A program made the translations under genes and the position numbers. Below are positions 36,490 through 46,114 of a DNA stretch of 64,000 bases, in pieces (the first letter of the stretch is position 1; each line of letters opens with the position of its first letter). The notes under the pieces were generated by a model. The model saw nothing but the letters and a program-made list of their open reading frames with translations, searched no databases and was not told where the DNA came from. This DNA comes from Erythrobacter sp. (GTDB lineage: Bacteria; Pseudomonadota; Alphaproteobacteria; Sphingomonadales; Sphingomonadaceae): positions 46,230 to 110,229 of the forward strand of contig JBKBLW010000006.1 in assembly GCA_046296155.1 (NCBI GenBank), in the 5' to 3' direction.

Positions 36490-37140
36490 TTGGCAATGCA
36501 GGATGCAAGGCCATCAGGGAGAGCGCGACGCGTGTTCAATGCCGAACTGATCGAAAATGCGGCCCGCTTTCGCGGCGCAAATGAGGATCCGACCCGCAAT
36601 CTTGCAGCCTGCCCGGCGCTGGTGCTCAACGCGGATTACACCCCGCTTTCCTATTATCCGCTTAGCCTCTGGCCATGGCAGACTGCGATCAAGGCGGTGT
36701 TTCTTGATCGGGTGGACATTGTCGCCAGCTACGACCGCGAGGTGCATTCGCCCTCGCTCGACATGAAGATCCCGAGCGTCATCGCGCTCAGGCAATATGT
36801 CAAGCACAGCGAGTTTCCCGCCTTCACCCGCTTCAACCTGTTCCTGCGCGACCGGTTTCAGTGCCAGTATTGCGGCAGCACCGAACATCTCACTTTCGAT
36901 CATGTTATCCCGCGCCGCCTTGGCGGGCGCACCACGTGGGAGAACATCATCACGGCCTGCGCGCCGTGCAACATGAAGAAGGGCGGGCGCACACCCAAGC
37001 AAGCGGGGATGCATCTGCATCGGGCGCCGATCCGGCCGACTTCATGGCAATTGCAGCAGCAAGGCCGCCTGTTCCCGCCGGGCTATCTGCACGAAACCTG
37101 GCGCGACTGGCTCTATTGGGACATTGAGCTGGAAGCCTGA
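36490..37140 (+). CDS. HNH endonuclease family protein
   Basis: CQYCGSTEHLTFDHVIPRRLGGRTTWENIITACAPCNMKKG is an HNH/zinc-finger motif. Start is TTG at 36490 or ATG at 36496. Confidence 0.85.
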   Translation: MAMQDARPSGRARRVFNAELIENAARFRGANEDPTRNLAACPALVLNADYTPLSYYPLSLWPWQTAIKAVFLDRVDIVASYDREVHSPSLDMKIPSVIALRQYVKHSEFPAFTRFNLFLRDRFQCQYCGSTEHLTFDHVIPRRLGGRTTWENIITACAPCNMKKGGRTPKQAGMHLHRAPIRPTSWQLQQQGRLFPPGYLHETWRDWLYWDIELEA

Positions 37141-37153
37141 TCGGGCCTTGCGC

Positions 37154-37834
37154 TCATCCCATCCACCCTTCGCCCAGCGCATCGGCGATCACCGCGACGC
37201 GCAGCGCCTCGATCCCCATGCCTTTTTCGCTGCTGGTGAGGTGGATTTCGGGATAAGCCGCGACATGCTTTTTCGCCTCGGCGGCGGTTTTTTCGGCGAC
37301 CGCTTGCAGCTCGCTCGCCTTGATCTTGTCGGTCTTGGTCAAAACGATGCGATAGCCGACTGCGGCCTCATCAAGCATCGTCATCATCTCGCGGTCGGTA
37401 TCTTTCAGCCCGTGACGGCTATCGACCAGCACCAGTGTGCGCGCCAGCACCGCACGGCCGCGCAAATAGCTTTTGACGAGGCTTTTCCATTTCTCAACAA
37501 CCTTCACCGGCGCCTTGGCAAAGCCATAGCCGGGCATATCGACAAGGCGAAACAGCGGCAGGGCGCCCTCTTCCTTGCCCCGGCCAACATCAAAGAAATT
37601 GAGTTCCTGGGTGCGCCCCGGCGTCACCGAAGCGCGCGCAATTGCCCGCCTGCCGGTGAGCGCATTGAGCAACGAGGACTTGCCGACGTTCGAGCGCCCG
37701 CAAAAGGCAATCTCGGGCACCACCGGATCGGGCAGGAATTGGAGCGCAGGCGCTGAACGCAGGAAATCGACCGGCCCCGAAAAGAGCCGCGAGGCCGCCT
37801 CCTCGCGCGCCGCCTGAAGGGCCTCGTCGCTCAC
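37154..37834 (-). CDS. engB: Ribosome biogenesis GTP-binding protein YihA/YsxC
   Basis: G1 motif GRSNVGKSSLLNAL, LVDMPGYGF, and LTKTDK. Confidence 0.92.
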   Translation of the reverse strand: MSDEALQAAREEAASRLFSGPVDFLRSAPALQFLPDPVVPEIAFCGRSNVGKSSLLNALTGRRAIARASVTPGRTQELNFFDVGRGKEEGALPLFRLVDMPGYGFAKAPVKVVEKWKSLVKSYLRGRAVLARTLVLVDSRHGLKDTDREMMTMLDEAAVGYRIVLTKTDKIKASELQAVAEKTAAEAKKHVAAYPEIHLTSSEKGMGIEALRVAVIADALGEGWMG

Positions 37835-37839
37835 CAGCC

Positions 37840-39627
37840 CTATCCCTTCGCCGCCTTGTTCGCTTCAGCTGCCGCCTTTTCCTGCGCGGCGGCGGCCTTC
37901 AATTGCGGGTGCTTGGAATAGAGATAGCTCTGCTGTGCCAGCGTGAGGATGTTCGAGGTCACCCAGTACAGCAGCAGGCCAGCGGCAAACGGGGCCATGA
38001 CGAACATCAGGATCCACGGCATCAGCGCAAACAGCTGGGCCTGTACCGGATCGGTCGCTGCCGGATTGAGCTTGAAAGTGAGCCACATCGTCACGCCCAA
38101 GAGTATCGCGAGCGGGCCGATCGCCAGGAATCCCGGCACCTCAAACGGCAGCATCCCGAACAGGTTGAGGATATGGGCAGGATCGGGCGCGGAGAGATCC
38201 TTGATCCAGGCGATGAAGGGTTCGTGCCGCATCTCGATCGACAAGATCAGCACCTTGTAGAGCGCAAAGAAGATCGGGATCTGGATCACCAGCGGCAGGC
38301 AGCCCGCCAGCGGATTGACCTTTTCATCCTTGTAAAGCTTCATCATCTCCTGCTGGAGACGCTGCTTGTCATCCTTGTAGCGCTCCTGCAGCGCCTTCAT
38401 CTTGGGCTGCACCGCCTTCATCGCGGCCATGCTGGCGAATTGCTTTTGCGCGACAGGGAACATCACCCCGCGCACGATCACCGTCATCAGGATGATCGCG
38501 ACACCGAAATTGCCAGCCAGCTGGTTAAGCTGGAGCAGCAGCCACAACAGCGGCTTTTCCAGCAGCCAGAACCAGCCCCACGAAATCGCCTTGTCGAATT
38601 CGGTGATGCCCTGAGCCTCGTATTTCTCAAGGATCGCGCTTTCCTTGGCGCCTGCAAACAGCCGTGTTTGCTGGGTCAGGCTGGCGCCCGGTGCGACAGT
38701 TTGCGGGGCATAGATCAGATCCGTGCGGAAGAGTTTGCCGCCAAGTGAACGGAAACCGGCCTCGGCAACCTTGCCCTCGCCCGGCACCAGCGCCGAAAGC
38801 CAGTAGCGATCGGTAAAACCAAGCCAGCTGGCCGCGCCCTGTGGCATGTTGCGCCCGGCCTCGGCGAGTTCATCGTAGCTGTCATCATCCCACAAGACCC
38901 CGCCAAACACCCCCAGCGGGCCCGAATGGACAAGGAATTCATCCTTGGTCGCATTGGCGCTGGTGCGGTTGATGAGGGCAAAAGGCTGGATAACAGCCGC
39001 CGCCGCCGAACCATTGGTGACGCTGCGGCTGGCCGTGATCATGTAATCATCATCGACTTCAAAGCGCACCCGATAGGTGATGCCGCTTTCGTCGGTGTGG
39101 CTGAACGTGACGGGAGTCTGCGGCGTCAGCTTGCTGCCCTCGGCCTGCCACACCAGCGAGGAAGGCAAGCGCTTGCCGCCGCTGACAAAGCCGAACTCGG
39201 CAAAATACTGCCCCGGTGTGCCTTCGGGCGCGAACAGGCGAACGGGGCCGCTGTTCTTGGCAACGCTTTCGCGATGGTCTTTCAAGACAATGTCATCAAT
39301 GCGCAGGCCAACCGGGTTGATCGAACCGGCAAGACGCGGGGTGTCGATCGCGATGCGCCCCGGGCTCGCCAGCGCGCTGGCCAGATCGCGCGGGCCGGCC
39401 GGCCCTTCGCGAAGCTCGCCAATGTCGCCGCCTGCCGATGGCGCCCCTGCCACTGGCATTGCCGCCCCGGCCGCATTCGCAGCAGGCGCGGATTTCGTAG
39501 CAGGCGCAGTACTCGCGGCCTCGGGATAGAAATATCGCATGCCGATATCCCAGCCCAGAATGAGCAGGCCGGAAAGCACGACGGCGAGCAGGAGATTGCG
39601 CTGATTGTCCAAGATAAGGCCCGTCAC
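37840..39627 (-). CDS. yidC: Membrane protein insertase YidC
   Basis: 595 aa. Large periplasmic domain plus a conserved C-terminal core (NFGVAIILMTVIVRGVMFPV, GCLPLVIQIPIFFALY). Confidence 0.95.
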   Translation of the reverse strand: MTGLILDNQRNLLLAVVLSGLLILGWDIGMRYFYPEAASTAPATKSAPAANAAGAAMPVAGAPSAGGDIGELREGPAGPRDLASALASPGRIAIDTPRLAGSINPVGLRIDDIVLKDHRESVAKNSGPVRLFAPEGTPGQYFAEFGFVSGGKRLPSSLVWQAEGSKLTPQTPVTFSHTDESGITYRVRFEVDDDYMITASRSVTNGSAAAAVIQPFALINRTSANATKDEFLVHSGPLGVFGGVLWDDDSYDELAEAGRNMPQGAASWLGFTDRYWLSALVPGEGKVAEAGFRSLGGKLFRTDLIYAPQTVAPGASLTQQTRLFAGAKESAILEKYEAQGITEFDKAISWGWFWLLEKPLLWLLLQLNQLAGNFGVAIILMTVIVRGVMFPVAQKQFASMAAMKAVQPKMKALQERYKDDKQRLQQEMMKLYKDEKVNPLAGCLPLVIQIPIFFALYKVLILSIEMRHEPFIAWIKDLSAPDPAHILNLFGMLPFEVPGFLAIGPLAILLGVTMWLTFKLNPAATDPVQAQLFALMPWILMFVMAPFAAGLLLYWVTSNILTLAQQSYLYSKHPQLKAAAAQEKAAAEANKAAKG

Positions 39628-39675
39628 TAACTATCGATACGATGTATCATGGGATTAACGCCCGTTTTGCTACCC

Positions 39676-39885
39676 TCAGGGCACCGGATCATGTCCATGC
39701 CCGCCCCAAGGGTGGCAGCGCATTAGCCGCTTAAATGCCATCCATCCACCCTTGAGCGCACCATATTTGCCAATCGCCTCGATGGCGTATTGGCTGCAAG
39801 AGGGGCTGTAGCGGCACGAGGGCGGCAAGATGCGCGAGGGGCCAAGCTGCCAGCCGCGCGCAATCCAGATCAACACCTGCTTCAT
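39676..39885 (-). CDS. yidD: Membrane protein insertion efficiency factor YidD
   Basis: [37 protein letters not shown]. Confidence 0.9.
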   Translation of the reverse strand: MKQVLIWIARGWQLGPSRILPPSCRYSPSCSQYAIEAIGKYGALKGGWMAFKRLMRCHPWGGHGHDPVP

Positions 39886-40280
39886 GGCGCCTTGCTGCCC
39901 CGCGGCGGGCGGCGGGCACCGCGCGCTGGCGCGGGATCGCTCTTGCCCTGGGCGGCGCGGGCAAGCGCTCCGGCAAGCTCTTCGGCCATGCGGTGAAAAT
40001 CGCGCTCGATGCCGCCGACACGCCCGATCAGCACATGATCATGATCAGGCAGGCCATGTGTGGGCAGCACCGCGCGCAGCAATTCGCGAAAACGCCGCTT
40101 CATGCGGTTGCGCACCACCGCATTGCCGATCTTCTTGGTGACGGTGATGCCATAGCGGATGCCCCGCCCGCCATTGGGCCTGGTCAACAGCACAAACCCC
40201 GCGCGCGCGTTGCGCAGGCCCGAGTTGGCGCTGAGAAAATCCGCTCGCTTGGTCAGAACAGAGATCACGCAGGGCACCAT
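39882..40280 (-). CDS. rnpA: Ribonuclease P protein component
   Basis: [10 protein letters not shown].., [26 protein letters not shown] (the RNR motif region). The exact start is uncertain. Confidence 0.85.
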   Translation of the reverse strand: MVPCVISVLTKRADFLSANSGLRNARAGFVLLTRPNGGRGIRYGITVTKKIGNAVVRNRMKRRFRELLRAVLPTHGLPDHDHVLIGRVGGIERDFHRMAEELAGALARAAQGKSDPAPARGARRPPRGSKAP

Positions 40281-40400
40281 AGGACCAACGCCAACGGGCT
40301 CCCACAGGGAGCCCGCAAGGCCAATCGGCCGCCCGCAGCGACGCGGCCTTCAGGCCGCAGAGCGAGGATTGCGCAGCGCGGATGCGCTGCGGCACACAGG

Positions 40401-40535
40401 TTACGCGCAGAGCTTCTTGCGGCCACGCTTGCGACGGGCGCGCAGCACCTTCTGGCCACCCGGAGTCGCCTTGCGTGCGAAAAAGCCATGACGACGGGCG
40501 CGCACGAGATTGCTGGGCTGAAAAGTCCGCTTCAT
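40401..40535 (-). CDS. rpmH: 50S ribosomal protein L34
   Basis: Internal Met of ORF 40401..40661: [44 protein letters not shown] (44 aa). Confidence 0.95.
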   Translation of the reverse strand: MKRTFQPSNLVRARRHGFFARKATPGGQKVLRARRKRGRKKLCA

Positions 40536-40635
40536 ATCATCCTCGAAATCGAAATCCGGCAGCGATGCACAAGACCCTTGCGAACCACGCCAGCATGCCG
40601 CTGCCTCATCAGCAGCTTGGAACAAGGCGGCGCCA

Positions 40636-41691
40636 CTATGGGAAGACCGCCGCTGAGTCAAGCCGTGCCAGTGTCACCACAGCCGGTTCGAACCATACCA
40701 GCACCGGCGTCAACACCGGCGCAGGGGCTGCTGCTGCCTCGGCGGGCATCGCATCGGCGAACACCACGGCCGCCGTGCCTTCGCCCGCGCCCGCACCCTC
40801 ATTTTCCGGTTCATCTGCCGCAGCGATGGTGCGAATCGGTGCAAGCGGCCCGCTGAGCGGGGCGATCCAGCGCTCCATCGCGGCTGCATCGAGCCACAGC
40901 GCACCCGAATGCGGCACCGAATTGGTCATGGCATAAAAGGCCCGCGCATGATCGGGCATCATGCCCATTTCCTCGTAATAATCGAGATAGAGCCGGTTTT
41001 CGGGCGCATCCTCGGCGAAATGGCGCGGTTCAAGCCCGCGCGTGTCCATCCACGAATGGACCGCGAAACGCGCACCCGGCGCAATTGTCTGGCGGGTGCC
41101 TGCAAGGAACAGCTCGACTGCCCCCGAGCGCACCGAACCGCCCGCCGGGACGTGGGTTTCGAGCCCCGCTGCGCGGATCTTGCGACCCAAGGCAAGGTTT
41201 GCCAGATCATGGCTCGTGCCCGGCGCATCCACCATTTCGAGCACGGCGAGCCCGGGGTAATCGCGCAGCATCGCCTCGAAATGACGCGGGCTGAGGATGT
41301 CGGTGGCCGCGACCAGGGCAGCGCGCTTTTCATCGAGCACCCGGAAGGGGCCATATTGGGCGAGAAACGGCTGGGCGCCGGGGCGCTCGAGGCGGTGCCC
41401 GGGAATCGTAAAAGCAGCGCCCGGCACAAGGATCGTCTCGGTGGCAACCGCGCCCACCGCAGCCGAGCTGCTCCGGCTGACAGCAACCGCGTCCGCCAGC
41501 ACGGCGGCGGGGCTGTCGGCAACCCGCACCCAGCGCTGGGCGGCCGGGTCCCACTCCTCGACCCATGACGTGGTGACGACTGTGCGCGCACCCGCAGCGC
41601 CGCCCGCTCGCGCTTCGGCCGCGCCAAGCGGCGCAATCGCCAGCGCCAGCATGGCAGCCAGAAATGCAGTCAGGGAACGCGACAAGATCAT
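40636..41691 (-). CDS. Secreted hypothetical protein (possibly a ClpP/crotonase-like periplasmic domain)
   Basis: Signal peptide [27 protein letters not shown]. The middle segment [48 protein letters not shown] loosely resembles COG3904-type periplasmic proteins. The family call is weak. Confidence 0.55.
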   Translation of the reverse strand: MILSRSLTAFLAAMLALAIAPLGAAEARAGGAAGARTVVTTSWVEEWDPAAQRWVRVADSPAAVLADAVAVSRSSSAAVGAVATETILVPGAAFTIPGHRLERPGAQPFLAQYGPFRVLDEKRAALVAATDILSPRHFEAMLRDYPGLAVLEMVDAPGTSHDLANLALGRKIRAAGLETHVPAGGSVRSGAVELFLAGTRQTIAPGARFAVHSWMDTRGLEPRHFAEDAPENRLYLDYYEEMGMMPDHARAFYAMTNSVPHSGALWLDAAAMERWIAPLSGPLAPIRTIAAADEPENEGAGAGEGTAAVVFADAMPAEAAAAPAPVLTPVLVWFEPAVVTLARLDSAAVFP

Positions 41692-41844
41692 GCGGCAAAG
41701 TCTGGCCGCTTGCCGCCTTCCAAATTGCCAAGATTTATCCTTTAGAATTTCCTTAGTAAGCTTACTTGGATGCTCGACAAGTCTCTATTAAATCTGCAAA
41801 AAGCCGCTGGTCTGTTATCGCAGAGCAGGCGTGGAGGTTTATCG

Positions 41845-43341
41845 ATGGTCGCACTTGTGCAAACCGTTGCGTATCTCGGGCTTGAGGCGCGCGCGGTCGA
41901 GGTACAGTGTCAGGTCGCCCCGGGTATGCCGCGTTTTTCCGTGGTGGGGCTGGCCGACAAGGCAGTAAGCGAGAGCCGCGAGCGGGTACAATCGGCGCTT
42001 GCCGCGATGGGTCTTGCGCTGCCGCCCAAGCGGATCACGATCAACCTCTCCCCCGCAGATCTGCCCAAGGACGGCTCGCATTACGACCTGCCGATCGCGC
42101 TCGCGCTGCTGGCGGCGATGGGCGTGACCGATGCCGAACAGCTGGGAGACTGGATTGCCGTCGGCGAATTGTCGCTCGACGGGCGGATCGTGCCCTCGCC
42201 CGGCGTGCTGGTGGCGGCGCTTCATGCGAGCGCGCAAGGATGCGGGCTGATTTGTCCCTTGGAGCAGGGCTCCGAAGCGCGCTGGGCAAATGGCGTGCCA
42301 GTGCTGGCGGCACGCGATCTTGCCAGCCTGCTCGGCCATTTCAAGGGAACCCAGGTGCTGCCCGAGCCGCCGCGCGGCGAAATCGCGGCAGGCAAGGCGC
42401 ATACCTGCCTGAGACAAGTCAAGGGCCAGCAAAATGCCAAACGCGCGCTGGAAATCGCCGCGGCAGGCGGGCACAATCTGCTGATGGTCGGCCCGCCAGG
42501 CTCGGGCAAGAGCCTGCTGGCAAGCTGCCTGCCCGGCATTTTGCCCGAATTGTCGCCGGGCGAGGCGCTGGAAGTCTCGATGGTGCAATCGGTCGCAGGG
42601 CTGCTTGAGCACGGCCAGATCAACCGCGCCCGCCCATTCCGCGCGCCGCACCATTCCGCGAGCATGGCAGCGCTGACCGGCGGCGGGCTGAAAGTGAAGC
42701 CGGGCGAGGTCAGCCTTGCCCATCATGGCGTGCTGTTTCTTGATGAACTGCCCGAATTCCAGCGCGCGGCGCTTGATTCGCTGCGCCAGCCACTGGAAAC
42801 CGGCAAGGTCGATGTCGCGCGTGCCAATGCCCATGTCACCTTTCCGGCGCGGGTGCAGCTGGTGGCAGCAATGAACCCGTGCCGCTGCGGCTATGCGGGC
42901 GATCCGGCGCGCAATTGCCAGCGCTATCCGCGCTGCGTCGACGATTATCAAAGCCGCCTGTCCGGCCCGCTGCTCGACCGGATCGATCTGCAAGTCCATG
43001 TCGCCGGCGTCAGTGCCGCCGACATGGCCTTGCCCCCGCCCGCAGAAGGCAGCGCCGAGGTGTCTGAGCGGGTCGCAGCCGCGCGCGCGCGCCAGCAGGC
43101 ACGCGGCGTGCGCTCCAATGCCGAGCTGGATGGCGAGGCGCTCGAACATTGCGCCTGGCCCGATGCCAAGGGACGCGAATTGCTGATGCTGGCCGCGCAG
43201 AAGCTGCGCCTGTCAGCGCGCGGCTATACCCGCACCTTGCGCGTGGCGCGCACCATCGCCGATCTCGATCACAGCGAACAGGTCGGGCGCGTGCATATCG
43301 CCGAAGCGCTAAGCTATCGCCAGCTCGTCGCGCAAGGCTAG
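41845..43341 (+). CDS. comM: YifB/ComM family Mg-chelatase-like AAA+ ATPase
   Basis: MVALVQTVAYLGLEARAVEVQCQV.., Lon-protease-like N-domain, Walker A GPPGSGKS, and GVLFLDELPEF. Confidence 0.9.
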   Translation: MVALVQTVAYLGLEARAVEVQCQVAPGMPRFSVVGLADKAVSESRERVQSALAAMGLALPPKRITINLSPADLPKDGSHYDLPIALALLAAMGVTDAEQLGDWIAVGELSLDGRIVPSPGVLVAALHASAQGCGLICPLEQGSEARWANGVPVLAARDLASLLGHFKGTQVLPEPPRGEIAAGKAHTCLRQVKGQQNAKRALEIAAAGGHNLLMVGPPGSGKSLLASCLPGILPELSPGEALEVSMVQSVAGLLEHGQINRARPFRAPHHSASMAALTGGGLKVKPGEVSLAHHGVLFLDELPEFQRAALDSLRQPLETGKVDVARANAHVTFPARVQLVAAMNPCRCGYAGDPARNCQRYPRCVDDYQSRLSGPLLDRIDLQVHVAGVSAADMALPPPAEGSAEVSERVAAARARQQARGVRSNAELDGEALEHCAWPDAKGRELLMLAAQKLRLSARGYTRTLRVARTIADLDHSEQVGRVHIAEALSYRQLVAQG

Positions 43342-43356
43342 CCAGCGCCGCTCGCC

Positions 43357-44178
43357 TTGCCCTATGGGGCGGCTGTGACCCCCGCCACTGCCGAATCCAC
43401 TCTCGCGCCTGTTGCGCCGCCCATTTCGTGGCGGGGCACGCATGCCCGCAAGCGGCGCCTGCTGGGGCTGGGGCTGGCGATCGCGATCGAGGCGCTGATC
43501 ATCGCGCTGCTCTTTCTGATCGGCGCACGCTTTGCCGGGAGCGGCAAGGAAGCGGCCGATGATAGCCGGCTCGAAGCGGTGACTTTCGCTCTGCCCGAAC
43601 CTGCCGAGGAAGCCCCGCCCGAACCGCCACGCGAGGCGCGCACGCAGCCTGCCCAGAACACGCCGCCGGTCCCCCAGCCGCCCACCGAACGCGCCATTGC
43701 CGAGCCGGAACGCCCGCCCCCGCCAATCATCAGCAATCCGGTGCCCGCGCCCGAACCCAGCGCTGCGCCACCACCGGCGCCGCCTGCCACCGCCCCGCGC
43801 CCGGCGGCGCCGGTGCGCAATTATGGCCCCGTCGATACTGGCCCGCAGGGCGAGCCCGACAGCCAGCGCGTCGGCACCGCGCCCAATGGCGAGCCGCTTT
43901 ATGCCGCAAGATGGTATCGCGAACCGACCCGGCAGGAGCTTGCCGGATACCTCTCCACTGCCAGTGCGCCCAGCGCCGCGCTGATCGCCTGCCGCACAGT
44001 GCCCGATTGGCGCGTGGAGGATTGCCAGCTGATCAGCGAAGCACCCCCGGGATCGAATATCGGGCGCGCAGTATTGGCGGCAGCATGGCAGTTCAAAGTG
44101 CGCCCAGCCCGCATCGGTGGGCGCTCACAAGTCGGCTCGTGGGTGCGGATCAGGATTGATTACACCGTGAGAAACTAG
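43357..44178 (+). CDS. TonB-family energy transducer-like protein
   Basis: One N-terminal TM helix (LLGLGLAIAIEALIIALLFLIG). A long Pro-rich spacer (PPEPPREARTQPAQNTPPVPQPP...). A C-terminal TonB_C-like block (GRAVLAAAWQFKVRPARIGG..VRIRIDY). Confidence 0.7.
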   Translation: MPYGAAVTPATAESTLAPVAPPISWRGTHARKRRLLGLGLAIAIEALIIALLFLIGARFAGSGKEAADDSRLEAVTFALPEPAEEAPPEPPREARTQPAQNTPPVPQPPTERAIAEPERPPPPIISNPVPAPEPSAAPPPAPPATAPRPAAPVRNYGPVDTGPQGEPDSQRVGTAPNGEPLYAARWYREPTRQELAGYLSTASAPSAALIACRTVPDWRVEDCQLISEAPPGSNIGRAVLAAAWQFKVRPARIGGRSQVGSWVRIRIDYTVRN

Positions 44179-44714
44179 GCCGCGCTGGATTGCCCGGCGC
44201 GCAGCACCACGACTTCGGCAGGCTGGGCGAGCGTGCCGTCGGCGCGCTTGCCCAGATTGGCCGGGCGCACCAGCGCAAGATCAGCGGCGCCAAGAATCCG
44301 TCCATCATGCGAGAGGATCGAAACCGGACCGATCGGCAGACGATCGCGTTCGTCGACCAGCACGGGATCTTCGACCACAGTCTCGCTGCCGTATTTCTGG
44401 CCCCATTGCCGCAGCGCCAGCATCGCGGGCAGCAGATCGAGCCCTTTGGCAGTCAGGCGATATTCGATCTTGCGACGATCATCGGCGCAAGGTTCGCGCT
44501 TCAGGATGCCATGTTCGACCAGCTTGGCGAGGCGGTTGGACAGAATATTGCGCGCAATGCCGAGCTCGCTGAGGAACTCTTCGAAATGCTTGAGGCCATT
44601 GAAGCTCGCGCGCAGGATCATGAACGACCAGCGCTCCCCCATGACTTCAAGCGCTTGCGGCAGACCGCATTCGATGAGCTCGCGAAGCGGTTCTCTCAGA
44701 TTACCCATAATCAC
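44175..44714 (-). CDS. HxlR-family (MarR-like winged helix) transcriptional regulator
   Basis: MGERWSFMILRASFNGLKHFEEFLSELGIARNILSNRLAKLVEHGILKR..EYRLTAKGLDLLP. Confidence 0.85.
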   Translation of the reverse strand: MIMGNLREPLRELIECGLPQALEVMGERWSFMILRASFNGLKHFEEFLSELGIARNILSNRLAKLVEHGILKREPCADDRRKIEYRLTAKGLDLLPAMLALRQWGQKYGSETVVEDPVLVDERDRLPIGPVSILSHDGRILGAADLALVRPANLGKRADGTLAQPAEVVVLRAGQSSAA

Positions 44715-44818
44715 CTTCCCCTAGTCGCATGTGTAACCGCTTTCGGGGCCTACACAAACCCATTTCAATTTTAGGTTGCAACCTGCAACCTATCTAGGTA
44801 AGTGGTGATTCGCAACTG

Positions 44819-44833
44819 GTTTCGAATCGAAAC
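44819..44833. promoter_or_regulatory. 15-bp perfect palindrome GTTTCGA-A-TCGAAAC (candidate HxlR operator; contains GANTC)
   Basis: Located in the divergent spacer between hxlR (44714) and the small secreted protein gene (44901). A tandem GCAACCT GCAACCT repeat lies upstream at about 44780. Confidence 0.35.
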
Positions 44834-44900
44834 GTTGCACTGCACAACGCGATAGAGCCAACCCGCCGGATTTCAACCCCGCACTCTGGAAAGAAGGTCA

Positions 44901-45248
44901 ATGATCATGAACATCACCCTCCCCGCCTCCCGCCGCCTTGCGATTCTTGCCAGCGCGCTGGTTTATACCGGCCTCAGCTTCGGCATCGCGACTTCGGCCA
45001 CTCCGCTGCACGCTGCTGGCGGCGGCTACTACACCGCGACCCTTACCGCGCCGGCCGATGCCAAGGGCCAGGTGCTGGGCGGCGTTGCATGGAATTGCCA
45101 GGGCAACACCTGCGTTGCCGCCAAGGGCGATGCCCGCCCGCTGCGGATCTGCCGCGGGCTCGCCCGCAAGTTCGGCGAAGTGGCAAGCTTCAAGGCCAAT
45201 GGCGAAGAGCTGCCGGCCGAAGAACTGGCCAAGTGCAACGGCCAGTAA
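44901..45248 (+). CDS. Small secreted four-Cys protein (resembles the alphaproteobacterial CC_3452 family)
   Basis: Signal peptide ..LSFGIATSATPLHAAG. The mature part is YYTATLTAPADAKGQVLGGVAWNCQGNTCVAAKGDARPLRICRGLARKFGEVASFKANGEELPAEELAKCNG. Confidence 0.7.
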   Translation: MIMNITLPASRRLAILASALVYTGLSFGIATSATPLHAAGGGYYTATLTAPADAKGQVLGGVAWNCQGNTCVAAKGDARPLRICRGLARKFGEVASFKANGEELPAEELAKCNGQ

Positions 45249-45301
45249 TCCGTCCCTGACCCCTTCCGTCCGCCCGCCCTCTCCAGCGGACGGCAATCCC
45301 A

Positions 45302-45342
45302 CCCCCGGCACGCATCCCCTATGCGTGGCCGGGGGATTTTTT
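45302..45342 (+). terminator. Rho-independent terminator
   Basis: CCCCCGGCACGCAT-cccct-ATGCGTG(G)CCGGGGG followed by ATTTTTT. Confidence 0.75.
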
Positions 45343-45413
45343 AGTCAGGTTGAGCTTCAGCGGCGGGAACAAAGGGGCGGGCGGTCTGAGCCGTGCATCA
45401 GCGCGACATGTTC

Positions 45414-46016
45414 TTACAGCAGCCCCGCCGCGATCAATTGCGCCTCAAGGCTGGCAGCGTCAGTGAACAGGTGCGCATGCCAGCCCCGCGCACGCGCCGC
45501 CGCGATGTTGGCGGGATTGTCGTCAGTGAAGAACAGCTCAGCGCCGACAAGGCCGGTGCGCGCCTCGGTGATGGCATAGATCGCCGGATCAGGCTTGGCG
45601 ACCTTCTCGGTGCCCGAGACGATCACATCCCTGAAGCGCGCAAAAATCGGCTGAGCAGGCCGAAACCGCTGCCATAATTCATGGCCGAAATTGGTCAGGC
45701 AATAGAGCGGCACGCCGCGCGCATGGAGCCGCTCGACCAATTCGTGCGAGCCTTCCACCGGGCCCGGCACCGTCTCGTTGAAGCGTTCCGCATAGGCGCG
45801 AATATGCGCTTCGTAAGCGGGAAATTCGGCGATTCGTTCAGGCACCATCTCGGCCAGCGGGCGCCCGCGATCATGCTGGAAATGCCACTCCTCGGTGACG
45901 ACGTTGTCAAGGAACCAGGCAAGTTCGGCTCGATCATCAATCAGCTTTTCAAACAGAGCGCCCAGCTGCCACTGGAACAGCACCCGTCCGACATCGAATA
46001 CCACAGCTGACGGCAT
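45414..46016 (-). CDS. HAD-superfamily hydrolase (subfamily IA phosphatase-like)
   Basis: N-terminal VVFDVGRVLFQW (DxG variant of motif I), LTNFGHE, and FTDDNPANIAAA (motif IV). Confidence 0.8.
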   Translation of the reverse strand: MPSAVVFDVGRVLFQWQLGALFEKLIDDRAELAWFLDNVVTEEWHFQHDRGRPLAEMVPERIAEFPAYEAHIRAYAERFNETVPGPVEGSHELVERLHARGVPLYCLTNFGHELWQRFRPAQPIFARFRDVIVSGTEKVAKPDPAIYAITEARTGLVGAELFFTDDNPANIAAARARGWHAHLFTDAASLEAQLIAAGLL

Positions 46017-46114
46017 AGCCCCTTGCCTCCCACACGCAAGAGGCCCGCTCCCCGGGACGGAGGCGGGCTATCCGATCATGCGGCCGCCAGACAGCAGCCG
46101 CCTGCGAGCTTCCT

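Noticed and set aside
36490-37140. The HNH endonuclease as a homing, restriction or defence element.
   Set aside because: It is a single gene in a conserved housekeeping neighbourhood (gluQ, engB, yidC). There is no methylase, no partner, no repeats and no compositional anomaly. By my recollection this HNH protein is broadly conserved in alphaproteobacteria.
36423-40535. A chromosomal origin (oriC), suggested by DnaA boxes near the rpmH-rnpA-yidC cluster.
   Set aside because: There is no dnaA gene, no AT-rich unwinding element and no extended DnaA-box array. In alphaproteobacteria the origin is generally not linked to rpmH.
41743-41762. An Irr iron-control element (TTTAGAA-N3-TTCTAAA) upstream of comM.
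   Set aside because: Only the left half-site matches. The right half (CCTTAGT) is poor.
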